64,000 bases of DNA from Cladosporium halotolerans. Lineage: Eukaryota. The position numbers were made by a program, and so were the translations under genes. Below, piece by piece: positions 46,171-59,660 of this stretch; within the stretch, counting starts at the first letter, position 1, and each line of letters begins with the position of its first letter. The DNA lies in the NCBI RefSeq assembly GCF_011745625.1, contig NW_027191460.1:124001-188000 (forward strand), in the 5' to 3' direction. The notes beneath the pieces are model-generated. The model was not told where the DNA came from. It was given only the letters and a program-made list of their open reading frames with translations, and did not search any database.

Positions 46171-47317
46171 CTTAGAGCTTGGAGGACGTTAGTCTTGCCA
46201 TCTATTATGTTTGAATTCTCGACGTCTTCCATGACTACGAGTTTGTGTTGTTGCCAAGGCCAGGGAAGAGCAAAAGCTGACTGACGCTCTCAACAGCTGT
46301 CGTCATTCACTTCAAATGCACCTTCGCTTACTTGGGCAAATTAAGCGATAGCTGCTCATTGTGCTCATTGCGAAGCTGACATTTTGTGAAGTGACTTACC
46401 TTGAATTCCAGTCGAGGTTTGGGTTTTCAAAGGAAGTGAGTGAATGCGAATGATCAAGCCACTCGCTGTGTGGTGCGCCCGTCGAGCGTGCATTTACTTC
46501 GTTTTCTTGATATTTCTGCCAGCCGACGACAGGCCTTTCAAACGAAATTGGTGGCTGGAATGAATTACTCGAATGGAGTTCGTAATCTGGTCGATAGGAC
46601 TGATATCCTGACACGTGAGGATGTCCTGGTGTCAGGTTGGCTCGTGGGCGAAACCTTTTGCCACCTGTTCGATGCTTTTTAGTCATTGCTCGTGAAAATC
46701 TCTCAGTCTTAGTGTGTCATGTGCGAGCGTAGAGCAGTGCAAAATATCATGTGAAAGACGCGTGCCTCAAGACTGCCGTCACTGAATGCAAGATATTGAT
46801 CATCTTGAGTACTGACCCTGAATTGAGGTATTGGCGAAGGCGGCTGTTGCTCTCTCGCGTTTGGCTCATGCACAGTCGTCCTGCATGAGCTGCTGCCTAC
46901 GATCTCGTTTGTGGTCTGAGTGTGGCTGCATCAGACGGCTATTCGCACCTACCCAGCCGGTCAAACGATGAATCGGAATGTTTGTGGCAGGTGAGAGACA
47001 CGGGTGAAGTTGACCTAATAAATACTTCGCTCGCTTTGGCTTAGCGTGTCGCGTCCTAATCCTTAGCGTGCCATAATATACACCGTGCTCGCAACTAGAC
47101 ATGCGCCAGGCTTCGCGAGAAACGAGCCGCGACAGCAAGCCAGAGCAGTGCCATTAGAGCAGCGACTTCACTTCATACCACAAATCACGCGCGGCTCTCT
47201 GCATCTTCGCAGTTGCATTCATCACTTGTTTGCGACAGTATTGCAGTGAAATCCAAGCATTAAAGAGCTGCAACCCAGATCCTCATTCTCCTGTTGCGCG
47301 CGGCGCATCGCAGACAC

Positions 47318-48805
<1,488 letters not shown>

Positions 48806-49116
48806 AGGTAAGCTCTATGCACTATGGGCAGGCAGACACACCTGCAGGTATAGCAAGGCGCTCGGCGTTCATGTATGAGCTGAAAGGGTCGATTACGGGT
48901 AGAGCAGGCGGATTTAAAACAGTTTAGCACCGTGTACCATCACCAATACCAAGAACATTCGAAGGATCAGTTTCACAATCAGGCAACATGCAAATTCACA
49001 TCAGTCTCTTGGACAGAAGGAGCTCCCACTAACGTGTGAGATTCGCAAGCCGTTGATTCGTACCTGCATGCATCATAATATCTATCTCAGGATTATAGCC
49101 CTTGCTTCGTCAACAT

Positions 49117-51060
49117 TCACTTCTTCTTGCCCTTCGTCTTGTCCAGCACCTCGATCCAGCGCGGACTCACGCCCCTCCTCTCCAACGCCTTCACCACCGC
49201 ATCCTTCTGCGGCCCTTGCACCATAACCTCCTCCACTGGCTTCTCGGTCTTCTTCGCACCACCCGCCAGCGGCTCCACGCTCGTGCTACCAGCGCACACC
49301 TTCCGCAGCTCGTCCGCCAGCGGCCGCGGGTTGACATAGTAGACTTCCAAGCCCGACACCTTCGTCACCATCTTGTTGCCGCTGCGCGTCTCGAGCGTGA
49401 TGTGCACTTTGGGCGGGGTGCCGGAGCGCGCCTTGACGGATTGAGGGTCGGCGCCGTTGCGGAGGATGGCGTAGGAGCCAGCCATGGCTTTGGTGACGCG
49501 GTCGATCAGGGCGTCGCGTGGGACGCTGCCTTTGGCCAGCACTTCTTTGTCGAGGCTGCCGGAGCCGTCGAAGACGGCGTTTGCGAGGGTCGGGTTGAGC
49601 TTGACGAGGCGCTTGTTGGTTTCGGAGATGAGCTTCTCGGCCTCGATGTAGTCGGTCACGACCTGGCGGACTTCCTGCGCGGTGAAGAGGGATTTGTCTG
49701 TTGTGGCGAAGATGGGGGATAGTTTTGATGATGGTTTGAAGAAGGACTTGACTTCGAGCTTTTGGCCGACGGAATCGTCACCGGTGTCAACTGCGTCGGT
49801 GGCCTTTTCGGCCCTGCCTTGCGAGGCACCACCCATGTTCTCTTTCTTTGGCAAGCGGTGTGGTTTGAAATTTGTTACTGCAACGTCGTCGAAATCGATG
49901 TCGATGATGGTCGTCTCGTTGCCTTGCTTCTCTTTGCTCTTGATGATCTGCTCCTTGTCGAGGTACTTGACAAACTTCTTGATGTTCTTCCAGCTTGTGT
50001 TCTTGATCTGGAGTTGCTGGGTCTGTTCAGGCGTGAAGGCTGGCAGGAAGGGATTGATGAGTGTCGACATGATGAAAGACTGCGTGAGAGGGAAGACAAG
50101 ACTAAAGTTGCGCTCGTTGGGATTTGTAGCCTTGTGATGGTGGATGCCGTAAAGGAATGCGTTGCGGAAAGCCTGATCGATTTCCTTCTGCGAGAGTTTT
50201 GATGGTGCGGACTCTTCTGTAGTCGGAGCATCTTCGCCGTCAACAGCAGCTGCCTGACTGCCCTGGGCTTTGACGGTATCGTCGTTTGTCTCGCCGTCTT
50301 TCAACGAGACGCCTCCTTCATCGTCCTGATCTTCAACCTCTAGCGACTCAACCTTCTCTGTCAGACCTCGAGTCTCCAGTACTTGTGCCCAGCCCTCGAT
50401 CTCTTCTGGTGACTGTTGTCCGGGCCGGCTGCTTGTGCTATAGCTCCAAAGCTCGTCCCCGTACCAGTGCAGCGTCTCGACCGCGTGCCCTCTTGCTCCT
50501 TGCACTTCCTGGAGTTCAGACACATCGATTTTACACACGCCTAGAGCCACAGGAACACTCGGCTTATCTGTGCTCGCAATCGCAACAACCGCACCTTGCT
50601 TCGCTTGCTCTGGGAAAGGAGGTCCGCCTGCCAACCCAGGCGTCATCAGATCCGCGCCACCCTGCAGCTTCTTGACCACTATTCCAGGCGTGTGTAGTAG
50701 CGGGACTATATCCGTGTTCTTCCATAACGTATACACCGAAGGATGCATCTTGCCATCGATCTGCCACCACAGTATCCTCGCGTCATCCCCAGTCTGGCTT
50801 CCAACGTAGACATTTCCCGAGGCTTGCTTCAGATCCGGGCCGTGGGTTGTGGTGAATCGTGCTGACTGGACGTTGTCGGGCAGCAGCGAGTTTCGAAGGC
50901 TCGCACGCGCGGTGGTTGCTTCGGCTTTTTGTTCAGGGCTGTCATCGTCGGCTTGTGGTAACTCGAGCTTGTAGTCCTGAATGATCTGGTCTGCCAGCTT
51001 TCGTCGGTCGGAGGATCGTAGCGGGGCGGCAGGCTTGATCTGAGGCTTCTTTTTGAACAT
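49117..51060 (-). CDS. TMA64: eIF2D/ligatin (Tma64): PUA + SWIB + SUI1 domains
   Basis: 'MFKKKPQIK..PLRSSDRRKL', 'PSVYTLW', 'GGADLMTPG', SUI1 'ETRSGNKMVTKVSGLE..LADELRKVCAGSTSV..VMVQGPQ'. Confidence 0.92.
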   Translation of the reverse strand: MFKKKPQIKPAAPLRSSDRRKLADQIIQDYKLELPQADDDSPEQKAEATTARASLRNSLLPDNVQSARFTTTHGPDLKQASGNVYVGSQTGDDARILWWQIDGKMHPSVYTLWKNTDIVPLLHTPGIVVKKLQGGADLMTPGLAGGPPFPEQAKQGAVVAIASTDKPSVPVALGVCKIDVSELQEVQGARGHAVETLHWYGDELWSYSTSSRPGQQSPEEIEGWAQVLETRGLTEKVESLEVEDQDDEGGVSLKDGETNDDTVKAQGSQAAAVDGEDAPTTEESAPSKLSQKEIDQAFRNAFLYGIHHHKATNPNERNFSLVFPLTQSFIMSTLINPFLPAFTPEQTQQLQIKNTSWKNIKKFVKYLDKEQIIKSKEKQGNETTIIDIDFDDVAVTNFKPHRLPKKENMGGASQGRAEKATDAVDTGDDSVGQKLEVKSFFKPSSKLSPIFATTDKSLFTAQEVRQVVTDYIEAEKLISETNKRLVKLNPTLANAVFDGSGSLDKEVLAKGSVPRDALIDRVTKAMAGSYAILRNGADPQSVKARSGTPPKVHITLETRSGNKMVTKVSGLEVYYVNPRPLADELRKVCAGSTSVEPLAGGAKKTEKPVEEVMVQGPQKDAVVKALERRGVSPRWIEVLDKTKGKKK

Positions 51061-51229
51061 GATGTTGCACAACAGGGAGAATGAGCAGGAAAGGGTATAG
51101 TCTCTTAGGAGGAAAGGTTTGTGTGTCCAGAAGAACTAGATGTGAGTCCTTCAAGACCCGCTTGTATCGTCCCGCTCGCATCGCGGGCGCCTGTGACGAC
51201 AGCGGGGTCCTCTCGAGTCGATCGCTCGG

Positions 51230-51257
51230 TAGGGTTAGGGTTGGGGTCACTAGGGTT
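51230..51257 (+). repeat. Short telomere-like (TTAGGG) tract with four G-runs in the eIF2D / VHS-GAT intergenic region
   Basis: TAGGGTTAGGGTTGGGGTCACTAGGGTT. Confidence 0.7.
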
Positions 51258-51803
51258 CATAAGATATCTCTCTATTCAATGTCTAACACCCTTCTGTGGG
51301 ATGCTTACTGAATTGATGACTTGGATCAATCCTTTGGAAAACAAAATTGCAATGTGATAAGTTCCCTCAGACGGCAATTCACCTGATAGACGTCGTATCC
51401 TCGTAGACTCATCCCATCACTGCCTCATTATCCAAAGCCAAGTCAGCTTGAACGAGCCGACAACTTCGAAGCGACTGCCACCACATGGCAGCCTACAGAC
51501 GCTGCCAGAATGCGAGATATTGCGTGGACATTTGGATCACGCGGCTAGGTTGACGTTGCCATGTGAAGCCAAGAAAGGCTATAGCAGTATACTAGTGACA
51601 AAGACAATGGTGGCGGCGTAACCCAGCGACGTATACGCACGCCCAAGCCACACCGGACGGCGGGCGGCGTCGTCAACCCCAGGACCCTGTGATCTGTGAT
51701 CGCCAAGCTACTACTTTACCATCACCACCACCCTGGTCGTCCAGGTCCTGCGCTACACTTGCGCAACTCATACCACAATCGCATAGCTTGACCGATCGTC
51801 GCC

Positions 51804-53436
51804 ATGAAGCGCTTCACCGGTCTCTTGAACCGGACCAAGAGTGAGCAACCCGACGCATTCAAGCGTCAAATGCAGCTTTGGATCTTCGTCGACTAACGCA
51901 TCCACAGGTAGCGGCTCCGGCACCGACTTGTTCGCAGAGCGCTCTGCACCTGTAGACTCACCCGAGGCGAACGCCGCTCGCAGCATCCGCCTCTTCTGCG
52001 AATCCGCAAGCGACAGCAACCGTGATGAAGAAGTTCTTCACCTTCCTGTGATCGTCGAAGCCGCCGAATCCTCGCCCGCTGCCGCCCAAGCTGCCGCCCA
52101 CCAGATCAAGCGCTTCCTCGCCCGCGAATATGGCCCGAAGCCATACGTGCAATACAATGCCATCATGCTCATCCGTATCTTGACGGACAACCCTGGGCCG
52201 ACCTTCACGCGCTGCTTTGACCAGAGCTTCGTCAAGACTGTGAAGGAGTTGCTGAGAGGATGCAAGGATCAAGGCACACAGCAGATCTTGAGGGAGACTC
52301 TGGACTCCATGGAGGTGAACAAGAGTCACGACGAGAATCTGCAAGGGTTGATCGCGATGTGGAGAAAAGAAAAGGGTGCGCAGGGCTCTCTGAACGGTGC
52401 GCGAGGCAGCAGGGGACCTGGCGGCTACCAGCCCCGCGGCATGATGGGTGAACCGTACAACAACAGCGAGCGCGCCTTGCAAAGGAATCAGCTGCCTCCG
52501 GCTCATGAACTCGCTAGTCGGATCGAAGAGGCGCGGAACACAGCTAAGATATTGTTGCAGCTGATTCAGCAGTCGTCTCCAGAGGACCTGGTGACAAACA
52601 CTCTAACCAGGGAGTTCAGCGAGAGATGCCAGAGCGCGCAGAAGAGTATGCAAGTGTACATCAACTGTGACTCGCCTCCGCCAGATGACGACACTATGTT
52701 GACGCTGATCGAGACGAACGAGCAGCTCAGCCTTGCCGGCACTAGATACCAACGAGCATTGTTGACGGCACGGAAGCAAGTGGGTACAGCAGCAGGTGGT
52801 GAAGTCAGCCCAGAAGCCATGAACGACGGGTATGGCGCCTTCACGAGCCCTCCAGCAGCCGGCCAGGCGGAGAGCCTGTTCAGACCAGCATCACACGGCC
52901 AATCCAACGGCGACTCTCCTGTCTCGCCGATCCAGCAGCACAGCTTCTCCAACGGATCTTACAACAGCAACCATGCGTACCAGGTCCCGCAAGGTCCTCC
53001 ACCTCAGCAACAACAGCACCAATGTGATACACCGACTACCTCCTCGTCACTCTTCACGCCCATTCAAGCACCTCAATCGCACAACCAGGAAGTCAGTGAC
53101 CCTTTCCAAGACCCGGTCGAGCACTCCTCGGACCCACCAGCTATCGCCTCGGCTCCTGTGCCCCCTCGCAAACACATCGACCGCCCTAGCATTGGAGCCT
53201 ACCACAACTCTGGCGCTACGCCTTCGTATGTCGGACGGCAGGCTAGTGCCGCGGAAGGGCTCACAATGCACGGCGCCGGTAGTCAAGACAATGCATCTGC
53301 TGTCGAAATCGACGGAAATAGCAACGTCGGACGAAGCGGTACACGATACGACGCCGAGGAGACAAGCCAGAGGATGGGCAGGAGGGTCTCAAGGGTCGAT
53401 GTCGCGGGGACTGGAGGGCTGACGAGCCCGCGCTAA
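51804..53436 (+). CDS. VHS/GAT-domain protein (Lsb5/Tom1-like), 2 exons
   Basis: Exon 1 MKRFTGLLNRTK with intron 51841-51907; 'EEVLHLPVIVEAAESSP', 'QYNAIMLIRIL.DNPG', GAT 'RIEEARNTAKILLQ...TLIETNEQLS'. Confidence 0.8.
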
Positions 53437-54127
53437 GGCTAAGGCCTTTGTTTCAATGCTTTCCGGTTCTATTCTCCTTCCCTTCTCGTTCTGGGGCGAT
53501 GATACCACTTTCGTTTTGCTTCTTGAACTTCCTTACGGATGAGTCTAATGCATTGCTTAGGCTGAATTTTGGGGACAATGGCATATACTTAGTTTGGCGT
53601 GCGTTTGGCACCATACCCTACATGTTTAGTATGTGATAAAAACGTCGCACCTTTTGAAAATAACCATTAAACTCAAATATGTCCCCTTCCAAGGTTTTGG
53701 ACAACAATGCGTCATGGGCGTATCTAATCTTATCAAGCTCTGATGGCAGCCCGCCAAAACACGTGGGCGGAGCTGCACGCCTGAGGCGAGATGCGGCAGC
53801 GCAATGGGTGGAGGGGCAGGCAGCGTCGCACGGACGTAGATGAGATAAAAAGGCCAGCGATCTGGGAAAGCGGCTCGCGTGACACATCACATGTTGTGCT
53901 GGCTGTGAAGGAGACGTGGAACGGCTCGTCTGCCTTGTGCCCTGTTTCGAGCTTTCGACCTCACCTCTTGCCCCTCTGCGACACTTGACGCTCGGCCGTG
54001 ACATCCAGTGTACACACCCCTTTATCCTTCCGGCCCCCGCCACTGCGGGACCCTGACTGCCTGTCCGCCCGCAGCGACTTGAACCCTACGCAACACATTG
54101 TCCGGACCACGCGCAATTTTAATCAGG

Positions 54128-56661
54128 ATGCCTTCCACCGCCGGAAATGCTTCGCCAAGGCCAGGCATCTTGAAGCAAGAATCCCAGGACGCGCCGCTGA
54201 ACGATTGCGCCTCGCCCAGCTCCTATCTGGGACTCAACTACTCCGGATCCCCCAAAGCGACACCCAAAAGTACGTTGTCCCTGGCACCTGCATGTCTTTG
54301 ATTCTCTGCATGAGGCCGCCTCGGGAATGGATCTCCTCCCTTGATTTCCGCCCTGAACTGGCCGATTATGTGAACGCTCGCTCATATCTTGATTTTACAG
54401 CCGTTTCAATTGACCCGTACGCCGAGACGATCTCTCCATTGGTACTTGGGAAGCAGAAGCCGCTCGATGAGTTCAGCCTCGAAGGCGAACGAGCCCCGCG
54501 TAAACCATCTGTGAAGGGCCCGAGCGCTCACCGCCTTTCTGGCCGTCCAGCCATCAACCCTTCGCAATCAACTACCTCAGTCGACACGATCCCGCAAAGT
54601 GAAGACCGGTCTGGCAGCGAAGCACAGGGCCACTCAAGGCACCTTGATCATCTAATCGATGAAGTGTCCGCATGGGTGAGAGACGAGAAGGAGCGCCGCG
54701 CTCGCCGTAAGCAGAAGAAGCGGGCCGCTCGAGATGCGTCTGCCACTTCTGACGGAAACGCTGACCGCAGGGGCTCTGACTCCGACAGCGCGGATGACCT
54801 GAGCAAGCTTGAGGACATCCTCAAGCGGACCGCCACTCTGGAGGTCTCCGCGAGCAGAAGGCAGAGCCTTAGGCACAAGATCTCGCTGAAGAAGCTCCAC
54901 AAACGGAAGCTTTCAACCGCTTCGTCCGACACTGAGTACCACGATGGCGATGTTCTCGTACCTTCTTGCGACGCTATTCTTGATAACTCCAAGACTGTTG
55001 CTCAGCCGGGAGGTGCGTCAGAATCGGACGACGAGTCGACCCAGTTGAAGGCGACGCCCTCGCGCCGTGATTTCGATGCCTGGGCGAGCTTCAAATTTGA
55101 GATCGTCCGCCTTACGCACACGCTGCGCCTGAAGGGCTGGCGCAGGGTGCCGATGGATCTCAGCAACCAGATCACCGTCGAGAGATTGAGTGGTGCTCTG
55201 ACTAATGCGGTCTACGTGGTCACACCACCGTCTGAGCTTCCAGAGCGGCCCGTTTCGAGGGAGGGCAAGACTTCGAAGCCAGCTACAAACAAACCGCCGC
55301 CTCCCAAGCTGCTACTCAGAATCTACGGTCCGCAAGTTGAGCATTTGATCGACCGTGATGCTGAGCTGCAAATTCTAAAGCGTCTGGCCCGCAAGCGCAT
55401 TGGCCCTCGTATGCTCGGTACCTTTGCAAACGGGCGTTTTGAGGAGTACTTCCACGCTATGCCGTTGACTCCTGAGGAGCTTCGCAACGCGGACACCAGT
55501 CGTCAAATTGCCAAGCGTATGCGTGAGCTTCACGAGGGCATCGAATTGACTGACAAGGAGCGTAATGATGGTCCATTCGTCTGGCTGAATTGGGACAAAT
55601 GGGTTCAGCGAGTGGAGCAAGTCGTTTCCTGGCTTGACCGCGAAGTCCAAAGAGTGCCTGAAGGTGCCAAACCGACTGGTGATGAGGCATGGAAGCGGAG
55701 AGGGTACATCTGCGGTGTCGAGTGGAGGGTTTTCAGGGGTGCTGTGGACAAATACAGGAAATGGCTGGAAGATCAATTCGGTGGTCCTGAGAAGGTTCGC
55801 GAAGAACTCGTCTTTGCTCACAACGACACTCAATATGGCAACATCCTGCGCATGGTACCAACGACTGAGTCGCCACTCTTGCTTCCGGCGAACACTCACA
55901 AGCAGCTGGTAGTCATCGACTTCGAGTACTCCAACGCCAACATGCCCGGCCTTGAATTCGCCAACCACTTTACTGAATGGTGCTACAACTACCACGACGA
56001 GCGCAAGCCATACGCAATCAACACGAACTGGTATCCGACGCCGGAAGAGCAAGACCGCTTCGTGCGCGCCTACGTCCGTCACAGACCCCAATTCAATGTC
56101 TCAACCCCCAAGATCCGCCCCTCCTCGCCGCCAGCCGAAGAAGGGCCCCGCCGTACGACCTCCAGCATCTCCTCTTTCATGCTTGATGCTCGCGCTCCAG
56201 GCCAAGCAAACCAATCAGCGGCCCCCACCGTCGACGAGACTGCCGAGAAATCAAGCGAGGATGCCGAAGTCCAACGTCTCATCAAGGAAACCCGCCTTTG
56301 GCGCATCGCGAACACCGCGCAGTGGGTCGCCTGGGGCATCGTGCAGGCCAAAGTTCCCGGTATGCCCGCTTTCTCTCCCACCGCCACTCCCACCGAGCCG
56401 GCGAAGGACGAGCCCATTCTCGAGGATGCGGGTCGCGAGGCTCTGGGCGAGCGCGCGGAGACTTACCATGACCTCGCGAAAGTGCAGACGAGCGAGAGCG
56501 CCGCTACGGAGGATGAGCAGCAGCACGAGGAGTTCGATTACCTGGGCTACGCGCAGCATCGCGCCATGTTCTTCTGGGGTGACATGCTGCAGCTGGGGCT
56601 GGTTAAGGAAGAAGATGTGCCGGAGGAGTTGAGAGCCAAGGTCAAGAAGGTGCCGTACTAG
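54128..56661 (+). CDS. CKI1: Choline/ethanolamine kinase, 2 exons
   Basis: 'RLSGALTNAVY', 'KLLLRIYG', 'FANGRFEEY', Brenner motif 'VFAHNDTQYGNIL', 'VIDFEY', 'ANHFTEW'; intron 54270-54400. Confidence 0.92.
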
Positions 56662-57458
56662 GGAGTTGAGATGGACGCATGTGAGGCCTAGAAGGTGTCT
56701 ATATCGATTGCAATAATGAAAATGGTGTATTAAATCAATCTGGCATCTTCATGGGCCAGGCTCTCGACGTCGTTCAACTGCCGCACTTTCTGATCTTTCA
56801 GACGGCGGTGGGCCGACATGTGCAGTGACGCGAAGCGGGGCTGGGCATTGCTTAGGTGTTGTCCCAAGACTCGCATGGCATCGCTCGTCTAGTAATTACT
56901 TTGAGTTGGGAGTGCGGTTACATTGAAGGCTCCACGCGGTCCGTAATGGCGCACGCAAGCGATGCTTGGCTCGGCTTCATGCATCCTTCGTCGCACCCTT
57001 CATTCAGACCTCACACCTCCAGGCCACACGGAGAGACCAGTGGTATAAGTGTCTGAACACGGTCGCTGTCTCTACTCTAGAATGGCTATATCTCGCCGAT
57101 AATACAGACCGACATAATGGCCACGGACAACTCCCGACACGGCAAAGTTCAGCAAGCGCCCGCGGGCTCCGACCCGGTCTCTTCGGGCTTTGCATCGCAG
57201 TTGCTATCGAGTAATCGGATCCATCTCTGCTGCGCTGATCGCAACTCTGCACTCCCAGGCACGCCAACACGATGCCGCCGGCGGCTGGGCATTGCGAGCG
57301 AGACAGTCTGCCAAGCGCGATGTCGCTGAGTGTTGAGAGGTTCGCGCGTGCGTAGGTGAAGGTATATCAATGGCTTCTGCAGCCGGAGCGTTGTAGGGAG
57401 CTTGAGGTTTGTGATCTTTCGTATTACCTTGTTTCCTCTTCTTTTGGCTGTAGCAGAT

Positions 57459-59101
57459 ATGTTTGGGCCCAAAGCTCTGGGTAGACTTGCGGTCTCGGTG
57501 CTACTTTCTGGTGAGTTGACTTGCTAGCTTTTGGTGCTGTAGAACGCGGCTGATATGCAATAGCTCGCTATGCTTCTGGTACTGAAGATGAGCCAGACTG
57601 CGACGTCGACGTCGGGGAAGGGTCGCATTCAGACATCACCGTCCTTGCCTCGCGCCGTGCAGTCATTGGGGACACATTGAGTGAGGCGACCATCGTCATC
57701 TCAACATCGACCGGCAAGATCGTCGACATCTCAGACTCGGTGCTGCCAGCTTCGGCTTTCCCACCAGGCACAGAGTACAAAGACTACAGTCCGCATATAT
57801 TGATGCCAGGTCTTGTCGACGCTCATGTGCATCTCAATGAACCCGGCCGAACGGAGTGGGAAGGCTTCTGGCATGGCACCCGGGCGGCTGCTTTCGGCGG
57901 CGTGACTACTGTCGTCGATATGCCTTTGAACGCCATTCCGCCGACGACGAACGTGAGCAACTTCCAGGAGAAGATCAATGCCGCTCAGGGACAGTGCTGG
58001 GTCGACGTCGGCTTCCATGGCGGCCTTATCCCGGGCAATGCGAAGGACCTCAAACCGCTGGTGCAGGCAGGCGTAAGGGGCTTCAAAGGCTTCATGATGG
58101 ACAGCGGAGTCGAAGAGTTCCCTCCAGTAACTGCAGAGGACATCACCGCGGCTTTCGCAGAGCTCGCCGACGAACCGACGACCGTCATGTTCCACGCAGA
58201 GAAGGAACCGGCCGCCAACGCCTCCATCCAAGCAGCCTGGGAGCCCAACGGACCGCCCGACGAATACCAGACCTACCTCGACACAAGGCCCTCGAGCTTC
58301 GAAGTCACCGCGATCCAAGAAATCCTCTCCCTAGCCCACCACGCCCCCAACCTCCCCCTGCACATCGTCCACCTCTCCGCGATGGAAGCGATCCCCATGC
58401 TCCGCGCCGCCCGCGACCGCGGCGTCAAAATCACCGCCGAAACCTGCTTCCACTACCTCAGCCTGGCCGCCGAGCAGATCGAGGACGGCGACACGCGCCA
58501 CAAGTGTGCGCCGCCCATCCGCGCCCAGGCGAACCAGGACGCTCTCTGGGCCGAGATGCTCTCGCCCAACGGCAGCGTGATCCAGACCGTCGTCTCCGAC
58601 CACTCGCCCTGCACGCCGGATCTCAAGCTGCTGCCGGCCGACGTGCCAGGCGCGAAGAGCAACTCTTCCGATCCCAAAGGCGACTTCCTCGAGGCTTGGG
58701 GCGGCGTGAGCTCCGTCGGGCTTGGTCTGCCTATTCTTTGGACGGAGGCGATGCGTCGTGGCATGGCGGTCAACGAGACTCTGCTGCACGTCGCGAGGCT
58801 TTGCAGTGTCAAGACTGCGCTGCAGGTTGGGCTTGAGGAGCGGAAGGGCACGCTGCGGGTTGGGATGGATGGCGATGTGGCTGTTTTCGACGACGAGGCG
58901 GAGTTCTTGGTTCAGAAGAGCACGCTTCTGTTCAGGAACAAGATCTCGGCGTATCAGGGGAAGACGCTGAAGGGCGTTGTGACGGAGACTTGGGTGAGGG
59001 GCCGGAAGGTTCATTCTTCTGAGAATGGGTTTGGGATGGGAGGGAGGCCGGTTGGTGAGCTTTTGCTTGAGCCGCGGACGAAGAGGGCTGAGATCGAGTA
59101 A
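57459..59101 (+). CDS. DAL1: Allantoinase (amidohydrolase), 2 exons, with a signal-peptide-like N-terminus
   Basis: 'MPGLVDAHVHLNEPGRTEWEGF', 'GGVTTVVDMPLNAIPPTT', 'GVRGFKGF', 'HIVHLS', 'TAETCFHYL', 'KCAPPIR', 'VVSDHSPC'. Exon 1 (57459-57510) and intron 57511-57563 are in frame. Confidence 0.92.
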
Positions 59102-59174
59102 GAGCTGTTGCTGGGTGTTGTGCTTTGGAGTGAGGTAAAACTAGCAAGATTTTAGAGCCATGTATGGAATGCGC

Positions 59175-59660
59175 CTATGATCGGACAGATTTTCCGTCAC
59201 ATGACGGCAAAGCCGCTAACTCAAAAGACTGCCGAAGATACTCGATGGCCACGCCATTAACCCAATGGGTGAAGCAGAACGACAGAGCCACAGTCTCCCG
59301 ATCTGCCTCGAGCGCCCAAGAAGCAAACCCGTCTCTAGGGAAAAGGCCTCCAGCTTCCAGCCTCCCGGCCAAAAGACTGATGGCCTACACCAAACGTCAG
59401 CGTAAAAAAGGGGTCGGAGTTACTTACCTATGCTGGCCCTGAAGGTGCGAGACCGGGCATAACCAACCTCGCTAGCGAGGCTTCCACGGTTTCGGTGTTG
59501 GTGTCGGTCCTTTTCAGCCTCCCGGCCAAAGAGACTGATGGCCTACACCAAACGTCAGCATAAAAAAAGGGTCGGAGCTACTTACCTGTGCTGGCCCTGA
59601 AGGTGCGAGACCCGGCATAAGCAACCTCGCGAGCGACAAAGAGCTGCTCGAGTAATCACC
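59175..59660 (-). pseudogene. Probable degraded spliced gene containing the duplicated exon-intron unit
   Basis: Spliced reading LARLLMPGLAPSGPAQ|AISLLAGRLEAGGLFP...; one copy has CAG->TAG before the donor and the other a frameshifting insertion. No clean start codon. Confidence 0.45.
59358..59636. repeat. Imperfect ~120-bp direct repeat (59358-59478 and 59515-59636), each copy holding a 43-nt minus-strand intron
   Basis: The copies align with a few substitutions and one 1-nt indel. Introns 59385-59427 and 59543-59585 read GTAAGT..GCTGAC..TAG on the minus strand. Confidence 0.9.

Noticed and set aside
59420..59600. U1 snRNA 5' end (TACTTACCT, twice)
   Set aside because: It is the reverse complement of AG|GTAAGTA donors of the two minus-strand introns; no U1 stem-loop I motif or Sm site follows.
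59358..59636. CRISPR array, LTR pair or RIP-mutated repeat
   Set aside because: Only two ~120-bp copies 36 bp apart in a eukaryote, with no TG..CA ends or internal coding region, and the differences include transversions.
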